Source of the DNA: a virus | Reading direction: 5' to 3' (one strand) | Length of the DNA: 64,000 nucleotides | Virus record (IMG/VR): IMGVR_UViG_3300025133_000023 | In this document: positions 1 through 10,835 of the stretch, one piece after another | How the letters are laid out: every line of letters starts with the position of its first letter | Position numbering within the stretch: the first letter of the stretch is position 1 | Program-made: the position numbers and the translations under genes | The notes under the pieces: generated by a model | Told to the model about the DNA's origin: nothing | Databases searched by the model: none | Seen by the model: the letters and a program-made list of their open reading frames with translations, nothing else

Positions 1-3000
1 AGCGTCTGGGGTAATGACAGAAATGAAACCATTCTCTGGAGTGAAAATATGGGTAACTTCCTCGACTTCAATTGGTCCAGCGATACCGTTATAGTCATCA
101 GCTAACATAATAATATCATAAGGCTTGATTCGAGCATTACCAATAAGGGTGATAGAACCCTTATACATGTCTCGTAGCCCTTTCATAATAGACGCAACAC
201 CGTAACGAGTGGCAAGCTGTTTACCATTACAGTTGAAGAAGTCGATATTCTCAGCAAGAACATCTTCATCAGGCATAGAGCTGTGAGCCTTCATCTCAAG
301 AGTGTTCCACCAGTTAGCTCCAGAGTTCTTCTTACCCATTCTTGTTCTTGCGCGAGTGCTTTCATCAAAGTCAAATAGTTTCTCTGTGCTAGCGTCCCAA
401 CTCTTAGTATAGGTAACTGAAACAGCATTCCAAACACCATAACTTGAAACTGCAATGTTGTTTCCAACAAGATTAATGGAAGAGCTAGCAAGATGATACC
501 CACGGAAGGGCTTAAATCGAGCATTCAGTCCTTCAATATATTCAGCAATTAACAAGTGGAAAGCTTCCTTATTTTCATAGCTTCGGTTGGTTATCTCGGC
601 AAGGTCTTCATCAAGCCTCCTAAGAATACCTTTTCGAAGCGTGGTCATCCTTTCCTTATAGCTTGTGGGAACAGGACGAGCCCAGTATCTCTGACTTGGG
701 ACTCCAAAGAACATTGTCATACGCCGACCGTAGGGAACAGGAGATGCAATCCACCCAGGATGCCTTAGGGTCATCTCTTGGAAGACATCCCAAACAGTTG
801 TGTTCATTAAGAAGTACATGATATCATTGGGGTGCATCTTCCCAGTCACGTCGAAGACCCCCCAGTCAACAATATCTTCTACCGATGGAGCAAAGACATT
901 ATCGTCTACAGGGTTGTTGAGCCTATGTCGCATTTTATACTTAAACTCTGCATCAGAAGTATAGAGGGCATCAGCTGCTTCGATTGCACCAAGGGCTAGA
1001 ACTGCTCCGACTGAAATCGGAGCGGCCAGCGGCATCACCACGGCTCCAACAGCACCAGTAGCGATAGCTCCAGCGATTCTCCATAGACTCCAGTGAGGCT
1101 TAGAGTGAATCGTTGTGCGTGACTTACGTGGGCCAAAAATTTCTGGACGAGGAGGCCTGGTTCCGTGCTCTAGTTCGAAGTCAGCTTGCTGAGCCTCTCC
1201 TGGCTGGAATGTAGACCCATAGGTGAACCTGCCAAAGTGCAAAACCTCAGGCGACTTGAGCATTGTGTCAAGGAGCTCGGCAGTGTCTACATAACCGTAA
1301 GCTCTCGAGAGAGTCCTATTATTCATAACCTCATCCCCCTTCATCTTCTTACCAGAGACGCCCTTTTCTACAGCGACAAGCTCAGCTGCATAGGACTGGG
1401 CCATGATGGAAACATGATCGTTGTTGTCACCCCAGCTGACTTGAAGGACACGACCATTGAAAAGGTTCTCCATGTACTGAGGGTTGTTAGCAAACCCAAG
1501 ACGGAGGCGAATGTCCATGCCCTCTCTGAGAACTATAGACTCAAATCGCTGCTTAGAATTATCTGCTTGGCGTCTTTCATCAGCTTCATTAGCCCTACCT
1601 GTAGTTGCCCCATTCTTAGTTTCCCTACCGATGTAGTCAATGTCTCGCAGTCCGGCAGGCATTGTTCCGTCAAGAACACCACCAACATTCTGAAGCTCAA
1701 TAATAACCAGGTCTGCTGGGATCTTACGGCTGCGTGTACAGGTGATCTTTTTAACAGCGGAGTAGCCGTAGAAATCGCTAAGGGATCTCCACCCTTCGGT
1801 CCCGTTGTCATCAACGAATTCAATCTTAAAGGTTGGAAAGGCTCTCCTCATCAAGAAGATTCCTTCACTGAGCATCCCGTTAGCAGACTCAAGACATAGC
1901 TGCTGGATAGCCTCATCCCCATAGATGTGGTCTGTGTTTTTGTTCCCACTAAATACACCAGCCTCCTTAGAGGCCATGCGCCCAGTAGCCCCATCAACAA
2001 AGTCATTCTCTGCTTCCATGAAGTCTTTAAGGTCCTCGGATGGCTCATAAACCTTAATAGAAGATCGCGTGTTGCCTTCACCGCCATCTCCACTACCGTC
2101 TGGGACTGCAAGCTTATCTGCTATTTCTGTATCCTCTAGTTCTTCTTTGAGCTTCTTGCCACTTGAGAAATCCTTCAAACTCCCCCAAGCATTGCTAGCA
2201 CAAGTACGGAGCTGGGCTTCCCATGGAACCCCACTAAGGTCATCCACTCCACCATCTTCGCTTGGATTATAGAAGTAAAAGTCAGGGTAAGTCATGACAC
2301 GACTATGCATGATTGGGTGAGTGGGAAGAATAAGATCAGGATATGCATCTGGCATGTGAGCATATGCGCTCTTCCTTGCAAGGGCAATAGTCTCGGGGAA
2401 ATGCTGGTCATCTCTGTCTACAAGATCTGCAATGATTTGCTGGATCATGTTTGCCCAGCCCCTCTTGTAAATCTCATAAATAGACCTCTCCAGTTCAGGA
2501 GAAGTGTGGGTTCCGAAAAGAAGACGGTCATCCTCGGGAGTGTAACGAACTATAGTCTTAGTTCTGTTCCGAGATACTGGGAGAATCTCCGTTGTTCCTC
2601 TGGCTCGAATTGCGGCAAGCTCCGCTCTTACACTTTCTGTGTGTTCAGAGCCAGTAGCGACTCTAGCCTCATAGGCTCCAATAGGCCCTTGAATACCTCG
2701 CACAGCATATTTGTTAAAGGTAAGATTCGCATACTCTTCCCAAAGAGCATCAAGCTGATCATTGTGCCAACCCTTGGTGGATTCTTGCTGAGCAAAGGAT
2801 GATCTATTAGTAAGGGAATCCACCCAGGCGGTATGCTCCGGATAGGTTAATGAAAGGGTTGCCCCGCTTCCAGAAACATACTGTCTTCTATTCCCAAACA
2901 TTGGGAGGATCACTTCTTCAAAGCCCCACAAATCAAATTCTGCTTTAATCTCAGCTTCAGTAAACCCTCCATACCACTTATCACTGAAGACATGACAACC

Positions 3001-5523
3001 TAGAAGGAGACGCAAAATCACCTGATTGACCATGTTTTCCGCATAGCTACTTTCTCCAGTTGGGTATTTGTTAGTGTAGTCTGCGTACCATTCTCCAGAG
3101 TTGTTCAGTTCAGGCCTATTGACAGCTACACCGTCTCGATGAACCTCTGTGCCAGGTCTTCTGTTGAGGGTGCTTGCGACGGTAAAGAACTTCCTCACCT
3201 CTTTGAAGAACTGACGGAAGACCTCGTCCTTGTCATAGGTTACGCTTTCGAGCACAACGTTGTGGAACTCAGCACTTGCGTCAAATTCCATTTGAATCTG
3301 ATACAAGCCAGGAGAGCCTGGGATAGAGCTAGTACCCATGCTGCTGATAACCCAATTAGATGATCCGGCAAGATTGCTTCCAATGAAGTCAATGTTTGCG
3401 CACCATGCCATGGGAATGTTTCTAAACTTCCGAGCATTGTATTCAAGAGTAGCCCTCATGCTCCAAAGCTGACGAGCTTCTGGGGAGAGACTATCTAGCC
3501 TCCTATCTCCGTCATAGGTTCCCTTCTTAGCCTCACGTCCTAGACGGTCTACGCCTTCTTGCTCGAAGGTGCTATTAAGGTCAAGAGCCTGGAAGAAGAT
3601 CCGCGCCTCCTGTCCTCCCATGTACTGAGCGGTAGGAAGCTCATGTCCAACAAGAGGAATACTAGCAAACCTGTTAAGGAGCTCAACTCCCCACACGGTA
3701 ATGACTGTTCCATCCTTAGGCCTGTTTCCACTGGAAACAATAATACGCCTGGGACGATAGAGAGTAAGGGGAACATGAGGACTGTTATAGAGATGCCACC
3801 CTTCTTCCTGCAAGCTTATAGCTTCGAGCTTTGCTGCGTCTCGCTCCTCTTGAGTTGGCTCTTCATACTTGAATTCCTTAGATGGACTAACATCTTCTAC
3901 TTCAATAGCATCAGCCCGAGCAACTACACCTCCAGCTGCATCCACAATGCCTGGGTTTACATTCTCGATATTCATTAGGCGAGGCTCGCCACCCATGTCA
4001 GGATTTGGAGAACCATTCTCCCATAGCTCAACGTGAGCGTGAACACCGTGAACTCCACTCGTGCCACTTCCTCTGTCTGCGTTAGACGTTCCGGCATTGC
4101 CAACCTGCTGTCCAACCGTAACAAAGGCTCCGTTTCTTGGAAGGCTGGCATTCTCCATGTGTCCTATGCGAACCCAAAGACCGTCATGATCGCCGGTTCC
4201 TTGGATTACAATATACCCACCAAAAGAACCAGAGGGATTTCCTCCTCCTGTTGTATATCGGATGACACCATTGATTGGACTATGAATAGATGTGGTTGTT
4301 CTGCTGTCAGTTCCACCCCAGGCAATGTCTGTCCCCTTATGGCTTCTGCTTCCGCCAGAAGGGGTCGAGCCTCTTGGCCCAACTCCATCACCCACACTAC
4401 CGACATTGTTAGTAACGACCATAGCCGTACCAACACCTTCGTAGACCTTTTCATTTCCATTAATAGTTCCAGTGCCAAAGACACTAGAGTCGAGCCCAGG
4501 GATACGATCGGCTCCACTGTAGGTGTCGGCGCTGTGACGAATCTTTGCGAAGGACTTATGTAGGAGTTTACCTAGAGCAGTGTTCGGAGAGAGAGCCGTA
4601 TATTCTCTATAGTCGAAGATAACATTTTGACCAGGACTGAATTGCCCGTAGCTAAACGGAATTGGATTAAACTGACTGGTATGGCCGCCGGTCACCCCTC
4701 CAACACGAGTGAGGCTATTGTCAGTTCGATATCTGTTTCTTTCGAGTCGGGAAGTCTTTGCACTATTTCTAACGGCATCAATCATTCCAAAACCATCAAA
4801 GTCTCGCTCCATGGCAATGGCTTGGAGATGATTCAGATAAAGAATGTAAATGTTTGATTCATTAGCAGAGACAGGATTCGTTGGAAGGTTGGGAACAATA
4901 GGAGGAGTAACGTCTGTGAACTCCATAAACTTAGCCTTTTGGATAAGGTCTGTTGGTTCATCAGACTGAGCTGTAGGGAAACTTGATCCTGCTGGAGGGC
5001 GAATATCGCTGCCTCCCCCGTCTTCAATCTCTAAGATGGTTACTTCTTTTCCGCTCTTCCTTTTAAAGCGCCAGTTTTGTTTGTAGCTAAAGAGTGGGCT
5101 AAAGGGGGAGTAGTTGAACCATGACAACATAAGCTGAACGGACAATGCATCAGGGTTCTCTTCGATAGAAGTGATGGTCATGGCTTCAGCACATACAGCC
5201 ATAGGAACAGCATCAGTCGCATTGGCAAGCATGACGGACCGAATGTAGTTATTTTCTATTTCCCAAAATGGGGTGTACTTGAACTGCTGGATTAACCTAT
5301 GAAGCTTCCAGACCTCTCCTGGGAGGACAATCATGGTTAGGTTGATTGCAGCTATACCTCGGCCCGTTTTCGTCTTGGACGAAGTTCGAGATCTTAGATA
5401 AGACGATTCATTAATAGCCCCACGATGAGATATAGAAATATCTGTAGGTGGAACGATAAACCCAAGGTCATTAAATCTAAAGTATCCTTCTTGGACCTGT
5501 TGATATGAATTAAATGCTGTCAT
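1..5523 (-). CDS. Giant baseplate hub protein with inserted M23 peptidase; >1841 aa, 3'-truncated by the window edge, absent from the ORF track
   Basis: ATG at 5523, 3 nt downstream of the previous TAA. I found no stop in the parts of this frame I translated (about 1-1200 and 3540-5523), and the track lists no ORF in this frame. M23 motifs HKGTD (4327-4341) and HAH (4033-4041). The last residues GSITLIGNARIKPYDIIMLADDYNGIAGPIEVEEVTHIFTPENGFISVITP resemble the C-terminal part of gpD/gp27-type hubs. Confidence 0.8.
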   Translation of the reverse strand, partial: MTAFNSYQQVQEGYFRFNDLGFIVPPTDISISHRGAINESSYLRSRTSSKTKTGRGIAAINLTMIVLPGEVWKLHRLIQQFKYTPFWEIENNYIRSVMLANATDAVPMAVCAEAMTITSIEENPDALSVQLMLSWFNYSPFSPLFSYKQNWRFKRKSGKEVTILEIEDGGGSDIRPPAGSSFPTAQSDEPTDLIQKAKFMEFTDVTPPIVPNLPTNPVSANESNIYILYLNHLQAIAMERDFDGFGMIDAVRNSAKTSRLERNRYRTDNSLTRVGGVTGGHTSQFNPIPFSYGQFSPGQNVIFDYREYTALSPNTALGKLLHKSFAKIRHSADTYSGADRIPGLDSSVFGTGTINGNEKVYEGVGTAMVVTNNVGSVGDGVGPRGSTPSGGSRSHKGTDIAWGGTDSRTTTSIHSPINGVIRYTTGGGNPSGSFGGYIVIQGTGDHDGLWVRIGHMENASLPRNGAFVTVGQQVGNAGTSNADRGSGTSGVHGVHAHVELWENGSPNPDMGGEPRLMNIENVNPGIVDAAGGVVARADAIEVEDVSPSKEFKYEEPTQEERDAAKLEAISLQEEGWHLYNSPHVPLTLYRPRRIIVSSGNRPKDGTVITVWGVELLNRFASIPLVGHELPTAQYMGGQEARIFFQALDLNSTFEQEGVDRLGREAKKGTYDGDRRLDSLSPEARQLWSMRATLEYNARKFRNIPMAWCANIDFIGSNLAGSSNWVISSMGTSSIPGSPGLYQIQMEFDASAEFHNVVLESVTYDKDEVFRQFFKEVRKFFTVASTLNRRPGTEVHRDGVAVNRPELNNSGEWYADYTNKYPTGESSYAENMVNQVILRLLLGCHVFSDKWYGGFTEAEIKAEFDLWGFEEVILPMFGNRRQYVSGSGATLSLTYPEHTAWVDSLTNRSSFAQQESTKGWHNDQLDALWEEYANLTFNKYAVRGIQGPIGAYEARVATGSEHTESVRAELAAIRARGTTEILPVSRNRTKTIVRYTPEDDRLLFGTHTSPELERSIYEIYKRGWANMIQQIIADLVDRDDQHFPETIALARKSAYAHMPDAYPDLILPTHPIMHSRVMTYPDFYFYNPSEDGGVDDLSGVPWEAQLRTCASNAWGSLKDFSSGKKLKEELEDTEIADKLAVPDGSGDGGEGNTRSSIKVYEPSEDLKDFMEAENDFVDGATGRMASKEAGVFSGNKNTDHIYGDEAIQQLCLESANGMLSEGIFLMRRAFPTFKIEFVDDNGTEGWRSLSDFYGYSAVKKITCTRSRKIPADLVIIELQNVGGVLDGTMPAGLRDIDYIGRETKNGATTGRANEADERRQADNSKQRFESIVLREGMDIRLRLGFANNPQYMENLFNGRVLQVSWGDNNDHVSIMAQSYAAELVAVEKGVSGKKMKGDEVMNNRTLSRAYGYVDTAELLDTMLKSPEVLHFGRFTYGSTFQPGEAQQADFELEHGTRPPRPEIFGPRKSRTTIHSKPHWSLWRIAGAIATGAVGAVVMPLAAPISVGAVLALGAIEAADALYTSDAEFKYKMRHRLNNPVDDNVFAPSVEDIVDWGVFDVTGKMHPNDIMYFLMNTTVWDVFQEMTLRHPGWIASPVPYGRRMTMFFGVPSQRYWARPVPTSYKERMTTLRKGILRRLDEDLAEITNRSYENKEAFHLLIAEYIEGLNARFKPFRGYHLASSSINLVGNNIAVSSYGVWNAVSVTYTKSWDASTEKLFDFDESTRARTRMGKKNSGANWWNTLEMKAHSSMPDEDVLAENIDFFNCNGKQLATRYGVASIMKGLRDMYKGSITLIGNARIKPYDIIMLADDYNGIAGPIEVEEVTHIFTPENGFISVITPDA

Positions 5524-5526
5524 AGA

Positions 5527-8500
5527 TTAATAGTGATCAATTGCTGATGGGTAGAGGGGCCGACGGTTGTCGTTAATTCGTGTTCGAATATTTGCCCCAG
5601 GACGACGTCTGCGATATTCAGAGATGGCTCTATCCATTTCGCTTGACTGCATGTTCGCTCCCGTTCGTGCGCGACTTGTTGTCCCGGTAGAGGTGACCCT
5701 GGCGGTGGGAGAATGGGTCACGCCACTTCTTCCAGGCATTGCAGACTGAGGAGCTACTCCCTGTGGGGTGATATTGGCAGCAGGCATGTTAAGCATACTT
5801 CCATCTTGAATGTGCTGTAGCAGTCTAGGATCAAGCCCAGCCTCATCTCCTAGGGGAGCTCCACCATAGCCAGGACCACCCATTACACCCTGCATTAGGG
5901 CTGTTCCTGCAAGGCCTATAATCGCTGCAGTGCCTAGTGTTCTCTTGTGTTTTCCGAGTTCCTTAGTAGAGACGTTAATCTTTCCTAGCATCTCTTCGAC
6001 AAACCCAGCCATAGTGCTTTGGCGATTGACTGTGCTTACAGCCCGAGCCAACTGATCTTCACCAGCCATGCCATGCTCTATAGCATACCGAGCAGCCTTA
6101 AGTGTATCATCTAAAGACATATTGCGCTTGGCTCTGCTTAAGTTGAAGACCCTTCTCTTGATGCCACCTTCTTCATTCTGGTAGTTAGCCATGACGGTCA
6201 TGAGAGCTTTTCTGTCAGCTTCACCCCAGGCGAATCTCTGAGACTTTCCACCAATCTCAATATTGTAGCCTGACCTAATGTTTCCCTTGCCCATGAAGAT
6301 GTCTTCCATAACCCCAATGAACCTGCCAGTGTCCATTTGAGCTTTTGTGGAACCTTGTGGTCCATAGAGAGCTTTGATTAATTCATCTCCAACATTCATA
6401 GCTTCAGGAAGATGACGAGATTTTAGAGTAGCTGTTTCTTCAACAGCACTAAGGATAGAGTAGATTTTAGATCGCTGCTGCTCTGGCATATCCTCAAGGA
6501 GCATAGCGTATTTGACTTCCTCAAGGGTCCTCGAGACGCGCCCAACATCTTTACCGTAGAAGAGCTTTTTGGATTGCTGAATACGTAGATCACTGACAGC
6601 TTCTTGACTGTAGCCCTTTCTTTGCCCATAGTCGATCATACTATCAAAGACATCTTTGTTAACCTTCTTCTGCCAAACCATTGCATAGTCATATTGCCGG
6701 GCGATCTTTTCCATAGCGCCTTTTCTGCGCATCATGCGAACACCATCTGGGTCGGTCATGAGCTTAACGAAAGCCCTATCCGCGTCATAGTCCATACCCA
6801 TGCCTGGAGCAAGGCCTAGCTCGTAGTCGCTCTTCACCCCATTAACGGTAACGCTAACCAGTCTTTGAGCAATCTTGATGATCTCTTGATCCTTAGAGGA
6901 TCCTCCAGTGTAGACAGCAATTCGAGCAGGCTGAATAGATCCCTGATAAGCAGCAGGCATTCGGCCAACGATACCCGACCAAGAAGCCTCCCCTCTAAGA
7001 AAGGCTCCCTTCTCAAGCTTGCTAGGCAGGGTTCCGGCATCTTCCATTTCGCCAACAAGTCGCTTTGCCAGTTTCTGACTAATGAAGGCCGTGTTGCCAT
7101 CGGCTAAGTCCATCCCAACCCGAGTATTAATTCCTTCCCTAGCGCCAATCATGCTATCTTCAAGGATGTCACTAATAGCTGGCAAGCCAGCAACCTGAGC
7201 ATAGGAAGAGCCTGCCCCAAGCTTATTCTTAGTGAGGCTCCTCTTCGCGGACTGGTAAAGGCCAACAACCCCTGCCATTCCGCTTTGCTCATGTCCACTC
7301 ATGATCCGAGCTAGGCGGGTGTCCATGTCAAGATCCTCATATCCATCAGGAGCCAACAGCTGGAACATCTTTTTAACCTGATTACGGTAAGCCTTTTCCT
7401 GCAGCTCACCACCCTGTGCACGAGCATAGCCAGCTGTGCGGATCTCTGCCCCTAGCTCAGCGCTCACAGACTGCATACCAGGGACGTGCCAAGAGGTAGA
7501 CATACCTCTAGCCTTAAGGGCTCCATGCATTTCCTTTGGCATTTCTACTACAGCACCCCTGCCACGGAACCAATCTTCCTGAGTAATGTCTGCAAGACTC
7601 TGGGAGGCAAACTTCACTCTAGGTAAGCTTTCATCTATCTGGGTAGCGTCACCGGTCATGCTCCAAAGCATCTTGCCAATAGCATTGAAGTCATCAATAG
7701 TCGCAGCAGAGGAGGTGCTTCCATAGATGTCCCTAACAAGTGCTTCTGTTAGGTTCTCCCCACCAGACATGATCTGCTTGCTAAGGAGCATGTCAAAGTT
7801 ACGAGCCTCAACACTTCCCATACGGCCCTGAGCCAGATGGGGAAAGTCACCTATAAACTGCGATGAGCCTCCAATAGCCATTTTAAGTCTAGCAAGGCCG
7901 GCTACGTGACCGGAGTCTTTAAAGACACCAGTAAGCATTGACTCATAAGCAGCAACGGCTTCTGGACTACCTTGCTTTCCGCCATAGAAAATGCTACCGC
8001 CACCAAAGACAAGTCCAATTGACTCGCTTCGACCTAGCCCCAGAAACTTCGCTTTCTCAGCGACAGCACGTAGGATATCGGGAACTTCCTGTCCCGCAGC
8101 GTTGAGTGTCTTTCGTGTAGTATCATAAAGCTTACCTTGATCTTGAGCTAGGAACTGCTTAAGCCTAAGCATCTGTGGAGTCTCCCCCAAGGTTGCATTC
8201 AGCTTATCAAGACTGCCTCTGGCAGCAGCGAGGTCTGCCCTCCATGAGGCTGGTGAGCCATAATCGATAAGTCGCTTCTCTAGACCACGCTTTTTATCTA
8301 CAGCAGCAAGTGTTTTTTGAACATCGAAACTTTCAATTGGTGCCGAACTTAGCTTTCCTAACATAGCCCTTGCTTTCTTATAGTCCTTTCTAAGCTTATT
8401 CAATTCTGGATGCTTTAGACCGATCTTCTTCTCAAGATTAAGGATTTTACCCTTTAGCTTAAGCAGGTCCTCGGCAGCCTTAGAGTTATCAAGATACCTC

Positions 8501-10833
8501 TTCTGCTGAAGCCCTTCAAGCTCTTGTCCTGCAACAATCCTAAGTCCACTAACTGCCTGCTCGTGTACAGCGAAGAGGTCCTTCGTGAGAGGAGAGGTGT
8601 TGGTGATTTGGTCAATATGCTGAGCAAGCTTACTCATTTCCTTTACAGACATTCCCATGTGCTTTGCTAACTGAGCTAGATTCTTATCCATTATCTCTTC
8701 GGAACGAATCTTCAAAGTTGTTTTTGTTCCATGGAAAACCTTCATATGCTCAACAGCATCGATATCCTGCTTCACATGGAGACGTAAATATCCTTCATGG
8801 GAAAGCGTTGCCCCAACAAGAGTCTCTGACACATAACTTTCACCCGCAGCTCTAATGACCTGCCCAGACTTAGTTCCTGAACCAAGGCCTAAAGCCTGAC
8901 CTCGGCCTAGACTAATTCCACCTTTGGTTTCTGCAATACGTGCTCGAATAGCTTGAGCCATTTCTTCTGGGCTAAGGTTCCCAGCCGATAGCTTCTTAAG
9001 GGTTGCTTCTCCAAGAGGCAGACTAACAGGGGAGCCAGGCGCAGCAATAATATTGTAGCTCTTTGTCTTTTGAGCTCTTAAAGCTTTAGAGAAACCTTCA
9101 CGAATAAAAGACTCACCATCCATCATCCCCCATCGACGCAAGATGCCTGGGATTTTGCCTGGCTGACCATCTGCCCTAATCCCATCACCCAGGACATGCA
9201 AGGTAATAGCAGAAGGAGTCACATAACCGAACCCCTTCATGAATAGGTCCTTATACGTTGCTCCAGCATTCACTGGAACAAATCTCTTGAGAGCGCTGAC
9301 AGTCTTGACTGAACGACGACCTGTCCCCTTATCAAAGGCTCCCTCAATTTGAAAGCTTGGCCCCATGCCAACACTTTGGAGATGCTTAGAGTCCATAAGG
9401 TCAAGGACAAACTTCCCATCGTGTCCCTTCTTTCCCCACTCCTTGCGAGCTGTCTCTGTAGGAGTCCAGTTTAAATCTCTGACAAGCTGGAACAGCCTTC
9501 GACTTCGGTCAAAGCTGTGCTGGTCTTTAAACAAGTTCAATAGATTGTGAGAAGGACCACCGGGGGCTATTCTGAAGTGAGCCATATCGACAAACCCACC
9601 CCTGGTCAAAGTACCAGGACCAATAGCTTCTACGCTTGGGTTCTTCCTCATAAAAGCTTCCATCATGTCTGCAGTGTAGTGATCGTCTCCTAGAGCGGCT
9701 GGATCAAAGACGGTATTCCGAGCAAAGGCAGCGCGTAGCCTTTCCCCTGGAGTGGAGTGACTAGTTTCAAACTGACCAATCTTTCTCAGATCTGAATAGA
9801 AGCCTCTATAGGACATCGCTCTGTCTGCTCCAGACATACCTCCCATCTTCACAATCTGTGCGGCTAACTTATCATTTACAGACTGATTCGACCCAAGAAC
9901 ATGACCCACAGAGAAGATCGACATACCCTTAGGAGAAACAACTCGCTCTCCTGTTGGGGTTCTTTTCCCTTTGGGGCCTAGACTCTCATTCCCAAAGATA
10001 AACCTAAACTCTCGCTTGCTTCCTTTATACTTCACATTGAGTTCGCGGAAGGTAGAGCCATCTCTTCCTGTTAGCTTATGCATCGTCATGTGAGCATTAA
10101 CCTTAGCTAGTCCAGCACTTCTTCTCCATCCCTTAAAGCTTGCAACCTCTTCTCTTTCAAAGAAGTCAGGAACCTTCATCTCGCTACCAGCACCAAGGAA
10201 GCCCATGTTGCTATAGAAGCTACTAAGCCCATGCTTCTCCCAAAACATTCCAGTGCCAATAATCTGTCCACCCTTAGCTACACCTCCCCTGCGGGGACCG
10301 TGTTGTCCTTTAATGTCGATATACTTACTGGGATCAAGCATCTGCCACTTCTTCCAGAGAATGCTTGCATCACTACTGGACATTCCGGAAACAATTCCCT
10401 GCATTCGAGAAGCATAGGCAGTACGGTCTCCACTTGATCCTAGGGCTTGCTTGGACATTGACTGTGCTTCAAAGAGCGCCTGAAGCATGTTCTGTTTGTT
10501 AAGGCTTACTGCTGGGTCTGCAATAGCTGCTGCATAGGCAAAGGCTAGTCTCTTGGCTGAGTTGGGACCGAAGCTTCCACCCAGAGATTGCTTGAGCATT
10601 TTACGAGCATCCAGCACATTACCTGCAGCGTTCCTAGCAGCCAGACGCATACCCTTAATAGACCTAGCCGCCCTACCTGCTGCATCTGCTGCGGTAGTTC
10701 CCTGAGAAGCCTGGTTGGATTGAATGTCCCTATACACAGATAGTCCACCCAGACCCACAGCGCCCAACAATGGAGTGTAGGTGAAGACGGTGGCAAATGG
10801 GTTTCGACCCTTTCTGTTTTTATTGTCAGACAT
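5527..10833 (-). CDS. Putative virion single-chain two-barrel (DPBB) RNA polymerase, 1768 aa
   Basis: Beta-like motifs GMMDGESFI, MKVFHGTK (8722-8745) and HIDQITN are followed by beta-prime-like motifs GRMP (about 6955-6966) and GMDYDADR (DYDAD 6778-6792), in the canonical order. The gene lies inside the tail module. Confidence 0.7.
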   Translation of the reverse strand: MSDNKNRKGRNPFATVFTYTPLLGAVGLGGLSVYRDIQSNQASQGTTAADAAGRAARSIKGMRLAARNAAGNVLDARKMLKQSLGGSFGPNSAKRLAFAYAAAIADPAVSLNKQNMLQALFEAQSMSKQALGSSGDRTAYASRMQGIVSGMSSSDASILWKKWQMLDPSKYIDIKGQHGPRRGGVAKGGQIIGTGMFWEKHGLSSFYSNMGFLGAGSEMKVPDFFEREEVASFKGWRRSAGLAKVNAHMTMHKLTGRDGSTFRELNVKYKGSKREFRFIFGNESLGPKGKRTPTGERVVSPKGMSIFSVGHVLGSNQSVNDKLAAQIVKMGGMSGADRAMSYRGFYSDLRKIGQFETSHSTPGERLRAAFARNTVFDPAALGDDHYTADMMEAFMRKNPSVEAIGPGTLTRGGFVDMAHFRIAPGGPSHNLLNLFKDQHSFDRSRRLFQLVRDLNWTPTETARKEWGKKGHDGKFVLDLMDSKHLQSVGMGPSFQIEGAFDKGTGRRSVKTVSALKRFVPVNAGATYKDLFMKGFGYVTPSAITLHVLGDGIRADGQPGKIPGILRRWGMMDGESFIREGFSKALRAQKTKSYNIIAAPGSPVSLPLGEATLKKLSAGNLSPEEMAQAIRARIAETKGGISLGRGQALGLGSGTKSGQVIRAAGESYVSETLVGATLSHEGYLRLHVKQDIDAVEHMKVFHGTKTTLKIRSEEIMDKNLAQLAKHMGMSVKEMSKLAQHIDQITNTSPLTKDLFAVHEQAVSGLRIVAGQELEGLQQKRYLDNSKAAEDLLKLKGKILNLEKKIGLKHPELNKLRKDYKKARAMLGKLSSAPIESFDVQKTLAAVDKKRGLEKRLIDYGSPASWRADLAAARGSLDKLNATLGETPQMLRLKQFLAQDQGKLYDTTRKTLNAAGQEVPDILRAVAEKAKFLGLGRSESIGLVFGGGSIFYGGKQGSPEAVAAYESMLTGVFKDSGHVAGLARLKMAIGGSSQFIGDFPHLAQGRMGSVEARNFDMLLSKQIMSGGENLTEALVRDIYGSTSSAATIDDFNAIGKMLWSMTGDATQIDESLPRVKFASQSLADITQEDWFRGRGAVVEMPKEMHGALKARGMSTSWHVPGMQSVSAELGAEIRTAGYARAQGGELQEKAYRNQVKKMFQLLAPDGYEDLDMDTRLARIMSGHEQSGMAGVVGLYQSAKRSLTKNKLGAGSSYAQVAGLPAISDILEDSMIGAREGINTRVGMDLADGNTAFISQKLAKRLVGEMEDAGTLPSKLEKGAFLRGEASWSGIVGRMPAAYQGSIQPARIAVYTGGSSKDQEIIKIAQRLVSVTVNGVKSDYELGLAPGMGMDYDADRAFVKLMTDPDGVRMMRRKGAMEKIARQYDYAMVWQKKVNKDVFDSMIDYGQRKGYSQEAVSDLRIQQSKKLFYGKDVGRVSRTLEEVKYAMLLEDMPEQQRSKIYSILSAVEETATLKSRHLPEAMNVGDELIKALYGPQGSTKAQMDTGRFIGVMEDIFMGKGNIRSGYNIEIGGKSQRFAWGEADRKALMTVMANYQNEEGGIKRRVFNLSRAKRNMSLDDTLKAARYAIEHGMAGEDQLARAVSTVNRQSTMAGFVEEMLGKINVSTKELGKHKRTLGTAAIIGLAGTALMQGVMGGPGYGGAPLGDEAGLDPRLLQHIQDGSMLNMPAANITPQGVAPQSAMPGRSGVTHSPTARVTSTGTTSRARTGANMQSSEMDRAISEYRRRRPGANIRTRINDNRRPLYPSAIDHY

Positions 10834-10835
10834 TC

